Notes: a model not told the origin generated them from the letters alone. A stretch of 64,000 bases of DNA from an uncultured Candidatus Saccharibacteria bacterium (GCA_964633425.1 CAZWFX010000002.1:11373-75372); one strand, 5' to 3'. Counted from the first letter of the stretch, positions 16,951 to 27,253 are shown. A program made the numbers and translations.

Positions 16951-18999
16951 ATGACCGCATTGACTGACCTGCCCGGCCTCAATACAAAATCAATTGTGTG
17001 GTCCCTGTTCGATTCCCTTCCAGAGGGCGTAATCATCTGGAATGCCGAAAAGGTTCTCGAGTACGCAAACTCATCCGCACGACGCATAACATCGCTCGCA
17101 CTTGATCCGGGCACCGCACTACTCGCTCCGACAGATACGACTCGGGTCCACGTTGTTTCTCACGACCGCGTTGCGGTTGAACTGAGTCGGCTCCCCGTAT
17201 ACCGCGCCTTCGCGGGAGAGAACGTGCCGCGCGAAGAAATGCACTACGTAGATCCGAACGGTAACCATCGGTGGCTGTCTGTCTCCGCCTCACGTGTCCT
17301 GCACGACGACGGATCACTAGCGTTCGTGATCTCGTCGATGCGCGATATATCAATACGAAAATCCCGCGAATCGAAGCTTGAGTTCATGGTGGAATCGGCC
17401 AAGATCCTGCAGCTCGACCTGAATTTCAAGCAACGCCTCATTGAGAAGGCAAAGCTGACCGTTCCCATGCTCGCCGACTGGTGCCTTATGGACGTGCTGG
17501 ACGACGACGGACATCTGGAGCGCGCTGCGATCGTCCACGGGGATCCGGAACGAATTGAGCGTTTCAGATCGTTCGAACGCACGTACCCGTCCTCGGACGG
17601 CGGTCCGGGGTCGATCCTTTCGGTGGTGCGATCCCAACAGCCGCTGTTTCTGAAATCGGTTACGGAGGAAGACATTCAGCGGGCCGCATCATCTGACGAT
17701 CACATGCGCGACCTGCGTGCACTGAATGTAAAGTCGCTCATGATCATTCCTATTTCGTCACACGGTCGCGGAGTCGGTGCGATGACGCTCGCATACTCGG
17801 AAAGCGGGCGCACCTACGACGAAAGCGACCTCGAATTCTTTCAGGAGTTCTGCTACCACCTCTCGGTTGTCTTTGACAATGCACGACTCTTCCATGAGAT
17901 CGAAACGCGCGATAAGTCCAAAGAAATCTTTCTCGCTGCGCTCTCGCACGAGCTTCGTAATCCGCTGGCACCCATCAAAAGCTCGCTCGAGCTCTTGAAA
18001 TTGCGTGATATGCCCCACGATATTCGCGAAGAGATCGACATCGTGGAACATCAGTTCGATCACATGGCACACCTCTTAAACGACCTCCTGGACGTGACCC
18101 GGTTCACACAAGATCGCATTTCACTGTCTGCACGCCCCGTTGAACTCAGACGCCTCATCGAACGATCTGTGCGCGCAAGCGACGGCGTGATCCGTAAAGC
18201 GGATATCACGCTGCATCTTGCGTATCCCTCATCCCCGATTTCAGTCGTAGCTGATGAGACGCGACTTGAACAGGCGGTCAGTAACCTGCTTTCGAACGCC
18301 GTGAAGTTCACCCCGGCAGGCGGCTCGATTTGGGTCGATATCGAACGGCACGATGCGCAGGCGATCATTCGTGTGCGCGACAACGGCACCGGTATCGACG
18401 CCGCTGATCTGCCGCATATTTTTGATATGTATTACCAAGGGAGTGCAGGCACAGCTATAAACAGCGGTCTCGGGATAGGGCTCCTGCTTGTACAACGCAT
18501 CGTCACAATGCACGGGGGCGATGTTACCGCAAAAAGCGCAGGTCGGGGTGCGGGCAGCGAATTTGCCATACGATTGCCGCTCGTTGAGAGTCCCGAGCCC
18601 GAAGCGAAAGGTGTAGTTCCTGCGTCACCGGCCAGAAACGTGCGCATCATCGTCGCAGATGACAATGCCCCTGCCGCAGATGCGCTCGTGCGCCTCCTCA
18701 ATAAACTCGGCGCCCGTGCTGAAGCGGTATATTCCGGGTACGAAACACTCGGATGTGAACATCTCCACGAGATCGACCTCTTTCTGCTCGACGTCGGCAT
18801 GCCGCATATGGACGGCTACGAACTTGTTGCCGCACTCCGCAATCGCGGGATATCGGCACCCATTGTCGCACTCACCGGATACGGACTCTCCGGTGACAAA
18901 CAGCGCGCGCACGAGGCCGGATTCACGGCACATCTCACCAAACCGGTTAGCCTCGCCGAACTGCATGCGGTGTTCGAGCAGGTACTGGTCGCGGCATGA
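16951..18999 (+). CDS. hybrid sensor histidine kinase (PAS, GAF, HisKA, HATPase, receiver)
   Basis: 682 aa. H-box LSHELRNPLAP, RDNGTGI, GLGIGL, C-terminal IIVADDN...LLDVGMPHMDG...LTKP. Confidence 0.9.
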   Translation: MTALTDLPGLNTKSIVWSLFDSLPEGVIIWNAEKVLEYANSSARRITSLALDPGTALLAPTDTTRVHVVSHDRVAVELSRLPVYRAFAGENVPREEMHYVDPNGNHRWLSVSASRVLHDDGSLAFVISSMRDISIRKSRESKLEFMVESAKILQLDLNFKQRLIEKAKLTVPMLADWCLMDVLDDDGHLERAAIVHGDPERIERFRSFERTYPSSDGGPGSILSVVRSQQPLFLKSVTEEDIQRAASSDDHMRDLRALNVKSLMIIPISSHGRGVGAMTLAYSESGRTYDESDLEFFQEFCYHLSVVFDNARLFHEIETRDKSKEIFLAALSHELRNPLAPIKSSLELLKLRDMPHDIREEIDIVEHQFDHMAHLLNDLLDVTRFTQDRISLSARPVELRRLIERSVRASDGVIRKADITLHLAYPSSPISVVADETRLEQAVSNLLSNAVKFTPAGGSIWVDIERHDAQAIIRVRDNGTGIDAADLPHIFDMYYQGSAGTAINSGLGIGLLLVQRIVTMHGGDVTAKSAGRGAGSEFAIRLPLVESPEPEAKGVVPASPARNVRIIVADDNAPAADALVRLLNKLGARAEAVYSGYETLGCEHLHEIDLFLLDVGMPHMDGYELVAALRNRGISAPIVALTGYGLSGDKQRAHEAGFTAHLTKPVSLAELHAVFEQVLVAA

Positions 19000-19058
19000 C
19001 AAAAAACAGCCCCGACGAGTGTCGGGGCTGTTTTTGTTGAGGACGTACCGGAGTCTCT

Positions 19059-20177
19059 CTATACCTCTTGCTTACGGCCGAGATAGATCGCACCCAAGAG
19101 CGCGATGATACCCGCGATCGCAATGACCGAAAGCAACCCCGCTGCCGATCCGAGACCTGTGTTCGGAACACCAGGAGTCGAGCCCGTACCGGTGCCGGTA
19201 CTGGTGCCCGGCGTGACCGGTGTAGTACCAGCGGCGGAGACGATCACCGATCCCGACGTTGAAGCCGGCAGACCCAAGGGCCCTGTACCACCTGCCGGAA
19301 TACCGACCGGGGTCACAGCAGCACCCGTTGAGGCGTTCGTGGCACGCACATTACCCGGAGTAACCGAGATCATGTACGTACTCCCGACTGCTGCGGACGG
19401 CTGCACATCGCACGTGAGCGAGAGCATGTTCGCGGTTCCCGCAGACGCGAACAACGGAGCGGCGAAGTTGAATGTTGTTACATTCCCGTTAATTACCGTT
19501 GCAACACTTGAAAGCGTAGCGTCGAGATTCGATGCATCGCGAATCTTACAGTCGCTCAGGTTCCCTACGGAGCCGTTTGCACTCGAAGAGATGGTGAGCG
19601 GAATCGAGGTGACATTGAAGCTCGCACCGGTTGCACCGACCGAAATATTGGCAAGTGCCACATCATTGGAGCCGGCCGGGACCGACGGTGCAGTATCAAG
19701 GTTGATACGGAGCACCGGACCGAGCGAAGCTGCGCCGAATGAAAGCGTGAATGTCGAGCCGTTCGGCGTCGACGACGAGACATCGCATCGTACGCTCAAG
19801 GTCATCGTTCCTGTCGAAGCATTAACCGCAAGCGGCGAGTTCAACGTGAATGTATTACCGTTCGTGCTGAACGAATTAATGACATTCGATCCCGACGTAA
19901 GCGACGTTCCTGCATTGTTAAAGACCTGGCAGTTCGAAAGATTTCCGATCACGCCGCCGTTTGCAGCTGTGACCGCAACCGGAAGGGCCGTTACGCTTCC
20001 GCCGCCGTTCACTCCCGAGAGAGTCAAGGTGCCGATGGTCTGGTTCGCTCCTGCCGAGAAGCCAGTCGTGACCGGCGTCGAGGAAACATTAACGGTTCCC
20101 GCTGTCTGCGCTGCCGCGCCGCCTGCGACGAAGATGACGCTGAGCGCGGCGATCTGGGCAATTTTCTGTATGTTCAT
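19059..20177 (-). CDS. cell-surface protein with signal peptide, internal duplication and LPXTG-like (VPNTG) sorting signal
   Basis: Signal peptide ends AAQ. Two about 110-aa repeats each carry a Cys pair (NLSNCQVF...LSVRCDV / NLSDCKIR...LSLTCDV). C-terminus: PGVPNTG, a hydrophobic helix, then GRKQEV. Confidence 0.75.
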   Translation of the reverse strand: MNIQKIAQIAALSVIFVAGGAAAQTAGTVNVSSTPVTTGFSAGANQTIGTLTLSGVNGGGSVTALPVAVTAANGGVIGNLSNCQVFNNAGTSLTSGSNVINSFSTNGNTFTLNSPLAVNASTGTMTLSVRCDVSSSTPNGSTFTLSFGAASLGPVLRINLDTAPSVPAGSNDVALANISVGATGASFNVTSIPLTISSSANGSVGNLSDCKIRDASNLDATLSSVATVINGNVTTFNFAAPLFASAGTANMLSLTCDVQPSAAVGSTYMISVTPGNVRATNASTGAAVTPVGIPAGGTGPLGLPASTSGSVIVSAAGTTPVTPGTSTGTGTGSTPGVPNTGLGSAAGLLSVIAIAGIIALLGAIYLGRKQEV

Positions 20178-20496
20178 ACTTATGATTTAAGCTTTTAATA
20201 ATGAACGCGGACACATCCCTGCCTGCCGGGGATTGCTGTAATGGGCAAAGTGTCGGCTTTCCTACAAGCGCAACATGTGCCGCGTATGCACAGTAAACAC
20301 GACCGTACGTTAAGGACTGATGAAGAAATTCATGAGAGCGCTGCCGCACGCAGCGTCGAGCACATGCGTGAGCATTCGCGAGCTGTCCCCGTATCGTCAC
20401 ATGGGACGAGTCTTTCGTGCTCAATGTATTTCTGATATCGACACGTGTTTCATTCCTGTCAAAGGGCATGCGCACAAAACTGGTATCATGTCGGGG

Positions 20497-21393
20497 ATGC
20501 AAAAAAAGATCCGCAAAGCGATCATCCCCGCAGCCGGCTACGGCACACGCTTTCTCCCCGCGACAAAGGCGTCACCTAAGGAGATGATGCCGATTGTCGA
20601 TAAACCCGTCATTCAATACGTAGTCGAAGACGCGATCTCTGCGGGTATCGAAGACATCCTGATTGTTACCGGTGCACAAAAGCGCTCAATCGAAGATCAC
20701 TTTGATAATTCGTTCGAACTGGAAAAGCGGCTGGAGGAGGCCGGTAAGACGAAAGAGCTGGAACAAATCCGCTCCATTGCAAATCTTGCCAATTTCCACT
20801 ACATCCGCCAAAAAGGTCCGCTCGGTAACGCGACCCCTATTTGGAATGCCAAAGACTTCGTCGGCGACGAACCGTTTCTCGTGCTGTTCGGTGACGACTT
20901 TTTCTCCGCAACACCGAGCCGCTCGCAACAGCTGATCAAGGCGTATGAAGAGCACGGCGGAAGCGCGATTCTCTCGTCCATTCGCGCACGCACTCCGGAA
21001 GACTACTCACGCTACGGATTCGCGACCGGTACCGAAAAGGCGCCTGGCATGCTCAAGATCGAACACGTCGTCGAGAAACCGGGTGCGGGAAAGATTGATT
21101 CCGATTACGCACTCGTTTCGGGTTACCTGTATGAACCGGCTATTTTTGGCGCTATCGAAGAAGCCATGCGACGTCTTGAAGCTGAGCAGTCAGGTCGCGA
21201 GCTCGTGTATGTTGACGCGCTCAATATATTGCTCGAGCAGAATCACGATATCTATGCCCTCGAGATTGAAAATGGAACGTATTACGACTGCGGAAATAAA
21301 CTCGAATACCTCAAAACAGTCGTCGAATTCGGATTGAAACACCCTGATACAAAGGACGGGTTTGCGGAATTCATTCAAAAGATCAAGCTGTAA
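20497..21393 (+). CDS. galU: UTP--glucose-1-phosphate uridylyltransferase
   Basis: KAIIPAAGYGTRFLPATKASPKEMMPIVDKPVIQYVVEDA. The start could also be ATG 20488. The ORF-track start at 20320 adds non-homologous residues. Confidence 0.85.
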   Translation: MQKKIRKAIIPAAGYGTRFLPATKASPKEMMPIVDKPVIQYVVEDAISAGIEDILIVTGAQKRSIEDHFDNSFELEKRLEEAGKTKELEQIRSIANLANFHYIRQKGPLGNATPIWNAKDFVGDEPFLVLFGDDFFSATPSRSQQLIKAYEEHGGSAILSSIRARTPEDYSRYGFATGTEKAPGMLKIEHVVEKPGAGKIDSDYALVSGYLYEPAIFGAIEEAMRRLEAEQSGRELVYVDALNILLEQNHDIYALEIENGTYYDCGNKLEYLKTVVEFGLKHPDTKDGFAEFIQKIKL

Positions 21394-21424
21394 ATTACGG
21401 CACTGTTAAGCGCCGCAATGCAGG

Positions 21425-21450
21425 CCCCGCAGACGCTGCGGGGTTTCTTC
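21425..21450 (+). terminator. rho-independent terminator after galU
   Basis: ccccgcag-acg-ctgcgggg followed by tttcttc. Confidence 0.6.
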
Positions 21451-21518
21451 ATGAATACTTCATCTTACGTCCTATACCCTGTACCATAGGTTTAGCAGCT
21501 TAGTTAACCTCACTCACT

Positions 21519-22190
21519 ATGAAAATCCTATTGGTAGAAGATGAACAGAAACTCGCCACGGCGCTGGTGCGGGGCCTGGGACTGGAAGGATATACCGTTG
21601 ATCACATCGCGGACGGCAAGAAGGCGCTAACGCGCATCTCGCTGCACCGGAGCGACTACGACCTGGTCATTCTTGACCTCATGCTCCCCTCTATGGACGG
21701 CTACGAGATCTGCAAATAAATGCGCGAAATGAACATCACGGTGCCGATTCTCATCCTCACGGCACGCAACGAAACCGACACGAAAGTGCAACTTTTGCAG
21801 AGCGGCGCTGACGACTACCTCGTCAAACCGTTCTCGTTTGCCGAATTGACCGCGCGATGCCGCGCGTTACTTCGTCGACCGAACGAAAAACTTCCCGAAA
21901 CCCTGAAGATTGCCGATATCGAGCTCAGCCCTTCAGAGCGACGAGTGCGCCGCTCCGGTCGCGACGTCCCGCTTACCTTAAAAGAATTCGGTCTGCTCGA
22001 GTACTTTATGCGCCACCCGAATCAGGTCGTGAACCGGGAGGACTTACTTAATCATCTGTGGGACTTCAACTATGTCGGATTTAGCAATGTCGTCGACGTA
22101 CATGTCAAAAATCTTCGACGCAAACTTGATGCAAACGGCGAAAGCGTATTGGAAACGGTTCGCGGAATCGGCTACCGTCTGGCTGAATAG
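21519..22190 (+). pseudogene. OmpR/PhoB-family response regulator interrupted by one in-frame TAA (21717-21719), immediately followed by ATG
   Basis: The two track ORFs (21519..21719 and 21720..22190) are in the same frame and contiguous. Together they read ...MDGYEICK*MREMNITVPILILTARNE...DDYLVKPF... plus a winged-helix C-terminus (GYRL). Confidence 0.8.
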
Positions 22191-23253
22191 CTACCGCTAC
22201 GATCCGTTTTTCCGGACTGAGATAAACGTCATCAGCCTACAGGTGGCATTCGGACTGGTCATCCTCGGACTGATCGGCACCGCGTACAGTCTGCTCTACC
22301 ACGATATCTCAGAGGCCTTCATTCAGGGTGTCCGGGAAGCGGGTACTGCGCAGTCGCTGCAAAACGTTGCACCGTCGATCATAAAATCGACGGATGCTAT
22401 TCGCACACTCAACCTCACCGGACTTATCGGGGCAATCATCCTTGTGACGGTTTTGTTCGGATACATTATCGCGCGCGTAACACTCGCACCCGCGCGAAAC
22501 GCACTGTCCGCACAAAAGCAGTTCGTCGGCAATATCGCGCACGAGGTACGCACACCGCTCTCAGTCATCAAAACGAATACTGAGGTTGCCCTGCTCGGTG
22601 AGGTGAACGCCGAGATGCGAGAGACGCTCGTCAGCAATATCGAAGAGCTCGACCGCATATCCGAGATCATCAACAACCTCCTGTCGCTTTCTGCGCTTGT
22701 CCGGCCCGAGCGCATGGAATTCGCATCGGTCGACCTCTCACATGTTGCGAGCGAAGTTGTTCAAAAGTTCGCACAGCTCGCCCGGCGGAACGACCAGCAG
22801 ATAACACTTCGTAAATCCCCTGACTGCAAGGTATGGGGCAATAACACTGCGCTCACGCAGATCGTGGGTAATCTGGTCAAAAATGCGATTACGTATACGC
22901 CTCGCGGAGGCCATATTCGTGTCACGATTGAACCCGCCCCCGACAACCACGTGGAACTGGTCGTTCAGGACAGCGGCATCGGTATCGCTCGCAAAGATCT
23001 ATTCCGCATTTTCGAGCCGTTCTATCGCGCAGACCCGTCTCGCACGAAAGGCGCAGGCGGCTCGGGCCTGGGGCTTGCGATCGTTTCCGAGCTCATCAAG
23101 ACGCACCAAGGCAGAATCACCATACGCAGCGCGGTCGGTCGGGGCACCACGGTCTCGGTGCTGTTCCTCGGCTCGAACAACCGGGCGAAAGTAGGACAAG
23201 AGGCGGATACGAGAGACTCGCTGAACGAAATAGCGGTCGATTTTTCCAAGTGA
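22129..23253 (+). CDS. sensor histidine kinase (2 TM, HisKA, HATPase)
   Basis: H-box IAHEVRTPLSVI, QDSGIGI, GGSGLGLAIV. The start is uncertain (ATG 22129 or 22072) and overlaps the 3' end of the regulator gene. Confidence 0.85.
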   Translation: MQTAKAYWKRFAESATVWLNSYRYDPFFRTEINVISLQVAFGLVILGLIGTAYSLLYHDISEAFIQGVREAGTAQSLQNVAPSIIKSTDAIRTLNLTGLIGAIILVTVLFGYIIARVTLAPARNALSAQKQFVGNIAHEVRTPLSVIKTNTEVALLGEVNAEMRETLVSNIEELDRISEIINNLLSLSALVRPERMEFASVDLSHVASEVVQKFAQLARRNDQQITLRKSPDCKVWGNNTALTQIVGNLVKNAITYTPRGGHIRVTIEPAPDNHVELVVQDSGIGIARKDLFRIFEPFYRADPSRTKGAGGSGLGLAIVSELIKTHQGRITIRSAVGRGTTVSVLFLGSNNRAKVGQEADTRDSLNEIAVDFSK

Positions 23254-23318
23254 TCCACAGCACCCGTCTGATCGTGTGCTACACTTTTGCGACTAGTAGC
23301 TGTAAAAAGTAAAGTAAC

Positions 23319-23843
23319 ATGCAGACATCATTCTATTCCGTCATCTATCCGCCGATGATCAAATCACTCGAGGCACTATCAGGTGTCCTTGAAAAAGCCT
23401 CGTCGCACGCGGATTCGCGCAAGACCGCGAACCGCTCGTACGAGGAATGGCTCCTCAACGACCGTATTGTGTTCGACCAGTTCCCGCTCGTGCGTCAGGT
23501 ACAGATTGCAACAGACAACGCAAAGAATTCGGTGAAGCGCCTGACGGGTGCGGACGTACCGGCCTTCGATGATACGGAAACCACCTTCGCACAACTGCAG
23601 GAGCGAATCGCAAAGACAATCGAGATTCTCAAAGGGATCGACAAGGACGCGGTGAATGGCGCCGAAGAAACACGCGTGTCGCTTCCCTACTGGGGCGATA
23701 AGACCATGTCCGGGTACGAATACGCGATGGAATACCTTATCCCGAACTTCTACTTCCACGTCACGACCGCCTACGCTATCATCCGCAAGAACGGGGTGGC
23801 CCTCGGCAAGTCCGACTTCATGGGTCCGCTCCCCCTCAAATAA
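23319..23843 (+). CDS. DUF1993-family (DinB-like four-helix bundle) protein
   Basis: 174 aa. The end matches my memory of DUF1993 (NFYFHVTTAYAIIRKNGVALGKSDFMGPL). Confidence 0.7.
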   Translation: MQTSFYSVIYPPMIKSLEALSGVLEKASSHADSRKTANRSYEEWLLNDRIVFDQFPLVRQVQIATDNAKNSVKRLTGADVPAFDDTETTFAQLQERIAKTIEILKGIDKDAVNGAEETRVSLPYWGDKTMSGYEYAMEYLIPNFYFHVTTAYAIIRKNGVALGKSDFMGPLPLK

Positions 23844-24566
23844 ATGACCTCACATTTCTTCTTTGACCTTGATAAGACACTCACGACGAGTCGCAGCGAA
23901 ATGGATCCGGCCCACCGGCCGCTATTCAAACAACTGTGCACGGAGCGTGATGTAGCAATCATGTCGGGAGGAAATGAGCAGCAGATACGCGAACAGACGA
24001 CCGCCAAATTCGACGGCATGTATTACGCACTCGGTCAGAGCGGTAACCATGCCGTCGATAAAAGCGGCTCCGAATTGTGGAACGACGTACTCACGCCCGA
24101 ACAGGTCACGGCAACACTCGCGTTTATAGAACAACTCAAACAGCATTTCGCCATCGACGTACGTGATCCGGATGATCTCGTAGAGAATCGCGGCGCACAG
24201 ATAAGCTACAGCGTGATCGGATTCCACGAAGATACCGAAAAAAAATACGCATTCGACCCCGATGACTCCCGTCGCGCCGCCGCGCTACAGCAGATGGTCA
24301 CCGGCGTGACCGCACTGAACACGGCAGGAGTCGAAGTGGTGCCTGCCGGTACGACAACGTACAACTTCATGGCGCTTGGCCGTCACAAGGGATACAACGT
24401 TCGTCGCTTCATCGAGCACATGGGTTGGAATGCAGCTGATTGCGTGTACGTCGGCGACGCACTGTTCCCCGGCGGCAACGACTCGAGCGTCATCGGCATC
24501 ATCCCAACGCACGCGGTTCGGGGACCCGATGATACTTTTTCCTTCATCAAAGAAATGCTAAGCTAG
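23844..24566 (+). CDS. HAD-IIB family hydrolase (phosphomannomutase/phosphatase-like); paralogue of 42965..43720
   Basis: FFFDLDKTLT nucleophile motif, IMSGG, YVGDALFPGGND. The start abuts the upstream stop. Confidence 0.75.
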   Translation: MTSHFFFDLDKTLTTSRSEMDPAHRPLFKQLCTERDVAIMSGGNEQQIREQTTAKFDGMYYALGQSGNHAVDKSGSELWNDVLTPEQVTATLAFIEQLKQHFAIDVRDPDDLVENRGAQISYSVIGFHEDTEKKYAFDPDDSRRAAALQQMVTGVTALNTAGVEVVPAGTTTYNFMALGRHKGYNVRRFIEHMGWNAADCVYVGDALFPGGNDSSVIGIIPTHAVRGPDDTFSFIKEMLS

Positions 24567-24585
24567 CCCTCTCATATAACACATC

Positions 24586-25359
24586 ATGGAATCAGCACTC
24601 TCGATCAAAGACCTCAAAAAAGTGTACGGCAACGGCGTAACGGCACTCAAAGGTGTATCTCTCGAAATACCGAAGGGAGACTTCTTTGCACTACTCGGTC
24701 CGAACGGCGCAGGCAAGACCACCATTATCGGCATCTCGACCGGACTCGTTACAAAAACGAGCGGAACAGTATCTGTCTTTGGGAGCGACATCGACAAGGA
24801 GCCCGAGATCGCGAAGACCCACATCGGCCTGGTCGGACAAGAAATCAATTTCAATCCGTTTGAAAAACTTATAGACGTGATCGTAAATCAGGGCGGGTAC
24901 TACGGCATTCCGCGCGCAGAGGCGGTGCCGCGAGCCGAACAGCTGCTGACCGATCTCGGCCTCAAGGATAAGATTTACGACACCGGCATGCAGCTCTCCG
25001 GCGGCATGAAGCGCCGCGTCATGATCGCCCGCGCACTCATTCATAAGCCGAAATTCTTGGTACTGGACGAACCGACTGCGGGAGTCGACGTAGAACTCCG
25101 ACGCGGCATGTGGGACTACCTCAAGAAGCTCACCTCTGAAGGTCTCACGATTCTCCTCACCACGCACTACCTCGAAGAAGCAGAGCAGCTCGCAAAGCAT
25201 GTGGCCATCATCCGCAAGGGCGAGATTGTCGCCAACGGGACGATGGACGAGATACTGTCGATGCATTCCGATACCGACCCCTCAAAAGACGGCTATCGCG
25301 GCGGACGACTCGAAGAAGTATTCCTCAAGCTCACCAGCGATAACGCCGAAACTAAATAA
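24586..25359 (+). CDS. ABC transporter ATP-binding protein (ABC-2 type)
   Basis: Walker A GPNGAGKTT, signature LSGGMKRR, Walker B FLVLDEPT. Confidence 0.9.
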   Translation: MESALSIKDLKKVYGNGVTALKGVSLEIPKGDFFALLGPNGAGKTTIIGISTGLVTKTSGTVSVFGSDIDKEPEIAKTHIGLVGQEINFNPFEKLIDVIVNQGGYYGIPRAEAVPRAEQLLTDLGLKDKIYDTGMQLSGGMKRRVMIARALIHKPKFLVLDEPTAGVDVELRRGMWDYLKKLTSEGLTILLTTHYLEEAEQLAKHVAIIRKGEIVANGTMDEILSMHSDTDPSKDGYRGGRLEEVFLKLTSDNAETK

Positions 25360-25360
25360 T

Positions 25361-26143
25361 ATGACACCGTACCAAAAGTGGACCGCGTTCTATACGATGC
25401 TACGCAAAGACGTGGTACGCATTTTCCGCATCTGGGCACAGACGTTTCTCCCCTCTGTCATCACATCGGTGCTCTACTTCACGATCTTCGGCACAATTCT
25501 CGGTTCACGTATCGGGGAAATGCAGGGCGTCAATTACATGTCGTTCGTCGTGCCCGGCCTTGTGATGCTCGCCATTGTTACCAGTGCATACTCAAACTCG
25601 TCGTTCACATTTTTCCAGTCGAAGTTCTTCATGCGCTCAATCGATGAGATGCTTGTTTCGCCGATGCCGCCATGGCTCATCATTGCAGGCTTTGTCGCAG
25701 GCGGTGTGATCCGCGGCGTTCTGGTGGGTCTGCTTGTCATGCTCGTGTCGCTCTTCTTCACAGGACTACACCTGGCGGTATTCAACCTGCTCATCATTCT
25801 CGTATTCGCAATCATGACGGCCATCGTCTTTGCGCTCGCCGGTCTCGTGAACGGTGTGTACGCCAAATCCATCGACGGCATCAACATCGTGCCTACATTT
25901 GTTCTCACGCCGCTCGTGTACTTGGGAGGTGTGTTTTACTCGGTGCATTCGCTCCCAGCACTCGCACAATACGTAACGTACGTAAACCCGATCTTTTATC
26001 TCATCAACGGGTTCCGCTTCGGATTCCTGGGTGTCGCAGACATTGCGCTCTGGATATCGTTTGCCATCCTTGGCACCATGATCGTCGCACTTGTCGCCAT
26101 CAACTGGTATCTGATCCGCACCGGATTGGGCCTCAAGCAATAA
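25361..26143 (+). CDS. ABC-2 type transporter permease
   Basis: ATG at 25361 lies 1 nt after the ATPase stop. 260 aa with 6 predicted TM segments. Confidence 0.85.
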   Translation: MTPYQKWTAFYTMLRKDVVRIFRIWAQTFLPSVITSVLYFTIFGTILGSRIGEMQGVNYMSFVVPGLVMLAIVTSAYSNSSFTFFQSKFFMRSIDEMLVSPMPPWLIIAGFVAGGVIRGVLVGLLVMLVSLFFTGLHLAVFNLLIILVFAIMTAIVFALAGLVNGVYAKSIDGINIVPTFVLTPLVYLGGVFYSVHSLPALAQYVTYVNPIFYLINGFRFGFLGVADIALWISFAILGTMIVALVAINWYLIRTGLGLKQ

Positions 26144-26219
26144 CCCTTCCCTTCTACGGGACCTGTGGCATAGTGCGGACAGTAATCACCGCGTTGAGAT
26201 CCTCGAAGAGGCGGCATCA

Positions 26220-26480
26220 ATGGCCGATGAACCCGGTAAGAAATACCATCGAAGCGTCTCGACCGATACAGAACTCAGCGACGCATACAATGTCGCGCAC
26301 GCGATCGTAAGGCACACAACGACTCGCGAGCGCGCCGACGATCTGTATGAAATCTGTTTAAAAATGTCGGTGGGTCAACTCGCGTACGCCCTTTTGAACC
26401 TCAAGGAGGGTTACCCTGCGCGTGACCGGGCGATTGCCGACGCATTCCTCGAACTATTTCGCCCGAGGTCTGTTCACTGA
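26220..26480 (+). CDS. hypothetical protein, 86 aa
   Basis: Helical-looking sequence. A terminator starts 2 nt after the stop. Confidence 0.4.
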   Translation: MADEPGKKYHRSVSTDTELSDAYNVAHAIVRHTTTRERADDLYEICLKMSVGQLAYALLNLKEGYPARDRAIADAFLELFRPRSVH

Positions 26481-26481
26481 A

Positions 26482-26515
26482 AAACTCCGCACGCTCGTGC
26501 GGAGTTTCCCTTTTG
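26482..26515 (+). terminator. rho-independent terminator
   Basis: aaactccgcacg-ctc-gtgcggagttt followed by cccttttg. Confidence 0.6.
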
Positions 26516-26690
26516 TCGCGCCACGTGAGATATGCATTGCTGTCATCTCACGAGGCACGTGCGGCCGCTTCAGTCGTATCAGGGCGTCGATTCCCTCTAC
26601 GGTCGAATCAAAAACGGCTACGTTTGTTAATACTACAATCTCGACCTGTACCCGTGAGACGTGCTCGATACGGGCCTATTACTTCATGAA

Positions 26691-27218
26691 TCAGAGGTGT
26701 TCGAGTATGAACGAGACACGGTCTGCCACTGGCATGACCGGAACTGCTATCGGATGATAGCCTTGCTCGGTATACGCGGTACGGATCGCCTCGTGCAGTG
26801 CCCGAGCCTGTTCCGGGGTTTCGGTGCGGGCGTAGTCGGTTACATAATCGACGAGGTCGAGCAAAAAGACTTTTCGGTATCGCGTTTCGCGGAGCGCCTT
26901 TGTGATCTGCTCGTCGAGAGCCTTACCGCCGAGTCGATAATACGCGACACTATCCGGTGTCGCCCGATCGAGGAACCACAGCTCATTCTCCGGCAATTCG
27001 CCCTCCTGCTTTGTCGAGCGCCGCACAACCGAGGGAAGCCAGTCCGGGTCGGTCACGATCTGCTCGATCGTATGACCCTGTGCAAGCTTGTACTCGATCT
27101 CCAATCGCGCAGGTTCGGCAAGGACGGGGTGACCGAGGCGCATCAGCTCATTGCAGGTCGTCGTTTTTCCGGCGCATGGTCCGCCGGTGATTACATACCA
27201 TGGAGGTGTCGGGGGCAT
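26691..27218 (-). CDS. P-loop ATPase/kinase (AAA_28 / NadR-kinase-like)
   Basis: 175 aa. Walker A ITGGPCAGKTT near the N-terminus, a Walker-B-like FLLDLV, and a small single-domain kinase-like size. Confidence 0.65.
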   Translation of the reverse strand: MPPTPPWYVITGGPCAGKTTTCNELMRLGHPVLAEPARLEIEYKLAQGHTIEQIVTDPDWLPSVVRRSTKQEGELPENELWFLDRATPDSVAYYRLGGKALDEQITKALRETRYRKVFLLDLVDYVTDYARTETPEQARALHEAIRTAYTEQGYHPIAVPVMPVADRVSFILEHL

Positions 27219-27253
27219 CGGCAGAACTATACCAGAAAAAAATCACAGGTAAG

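Noticed and set aside
19105-20190. 361-aa plus-strand ORF antisense to the surface-protein gene. Similar long mirror ORFs occur at 51202..52050, 57094..57780, 26661..27266, 30014..30607, 33344..34102, 38768..39436 and 41136..41621.
   Set aside because: These are shadow ORFs of GC-rich or low-complexity genes. The opposite strand carries signal peptides, recognisable domain motifs, SD sequences and terminators. The mirror translations are Pro/Arg/Val-rich with no motifs.
21717-21719. In-frame TAA as evidence for stop-codon reassignment
   Set aside because: TAA, TAG and TGA all terminate well-conserved genes at their expected ends elsewhere in the window (e.g. the TAA-terminated TasA-like-adjacent and ABC genes, the TGA-terminated HDAC-like and thyA genes). 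A single nonsense change or base-call error is far more parsimonious.
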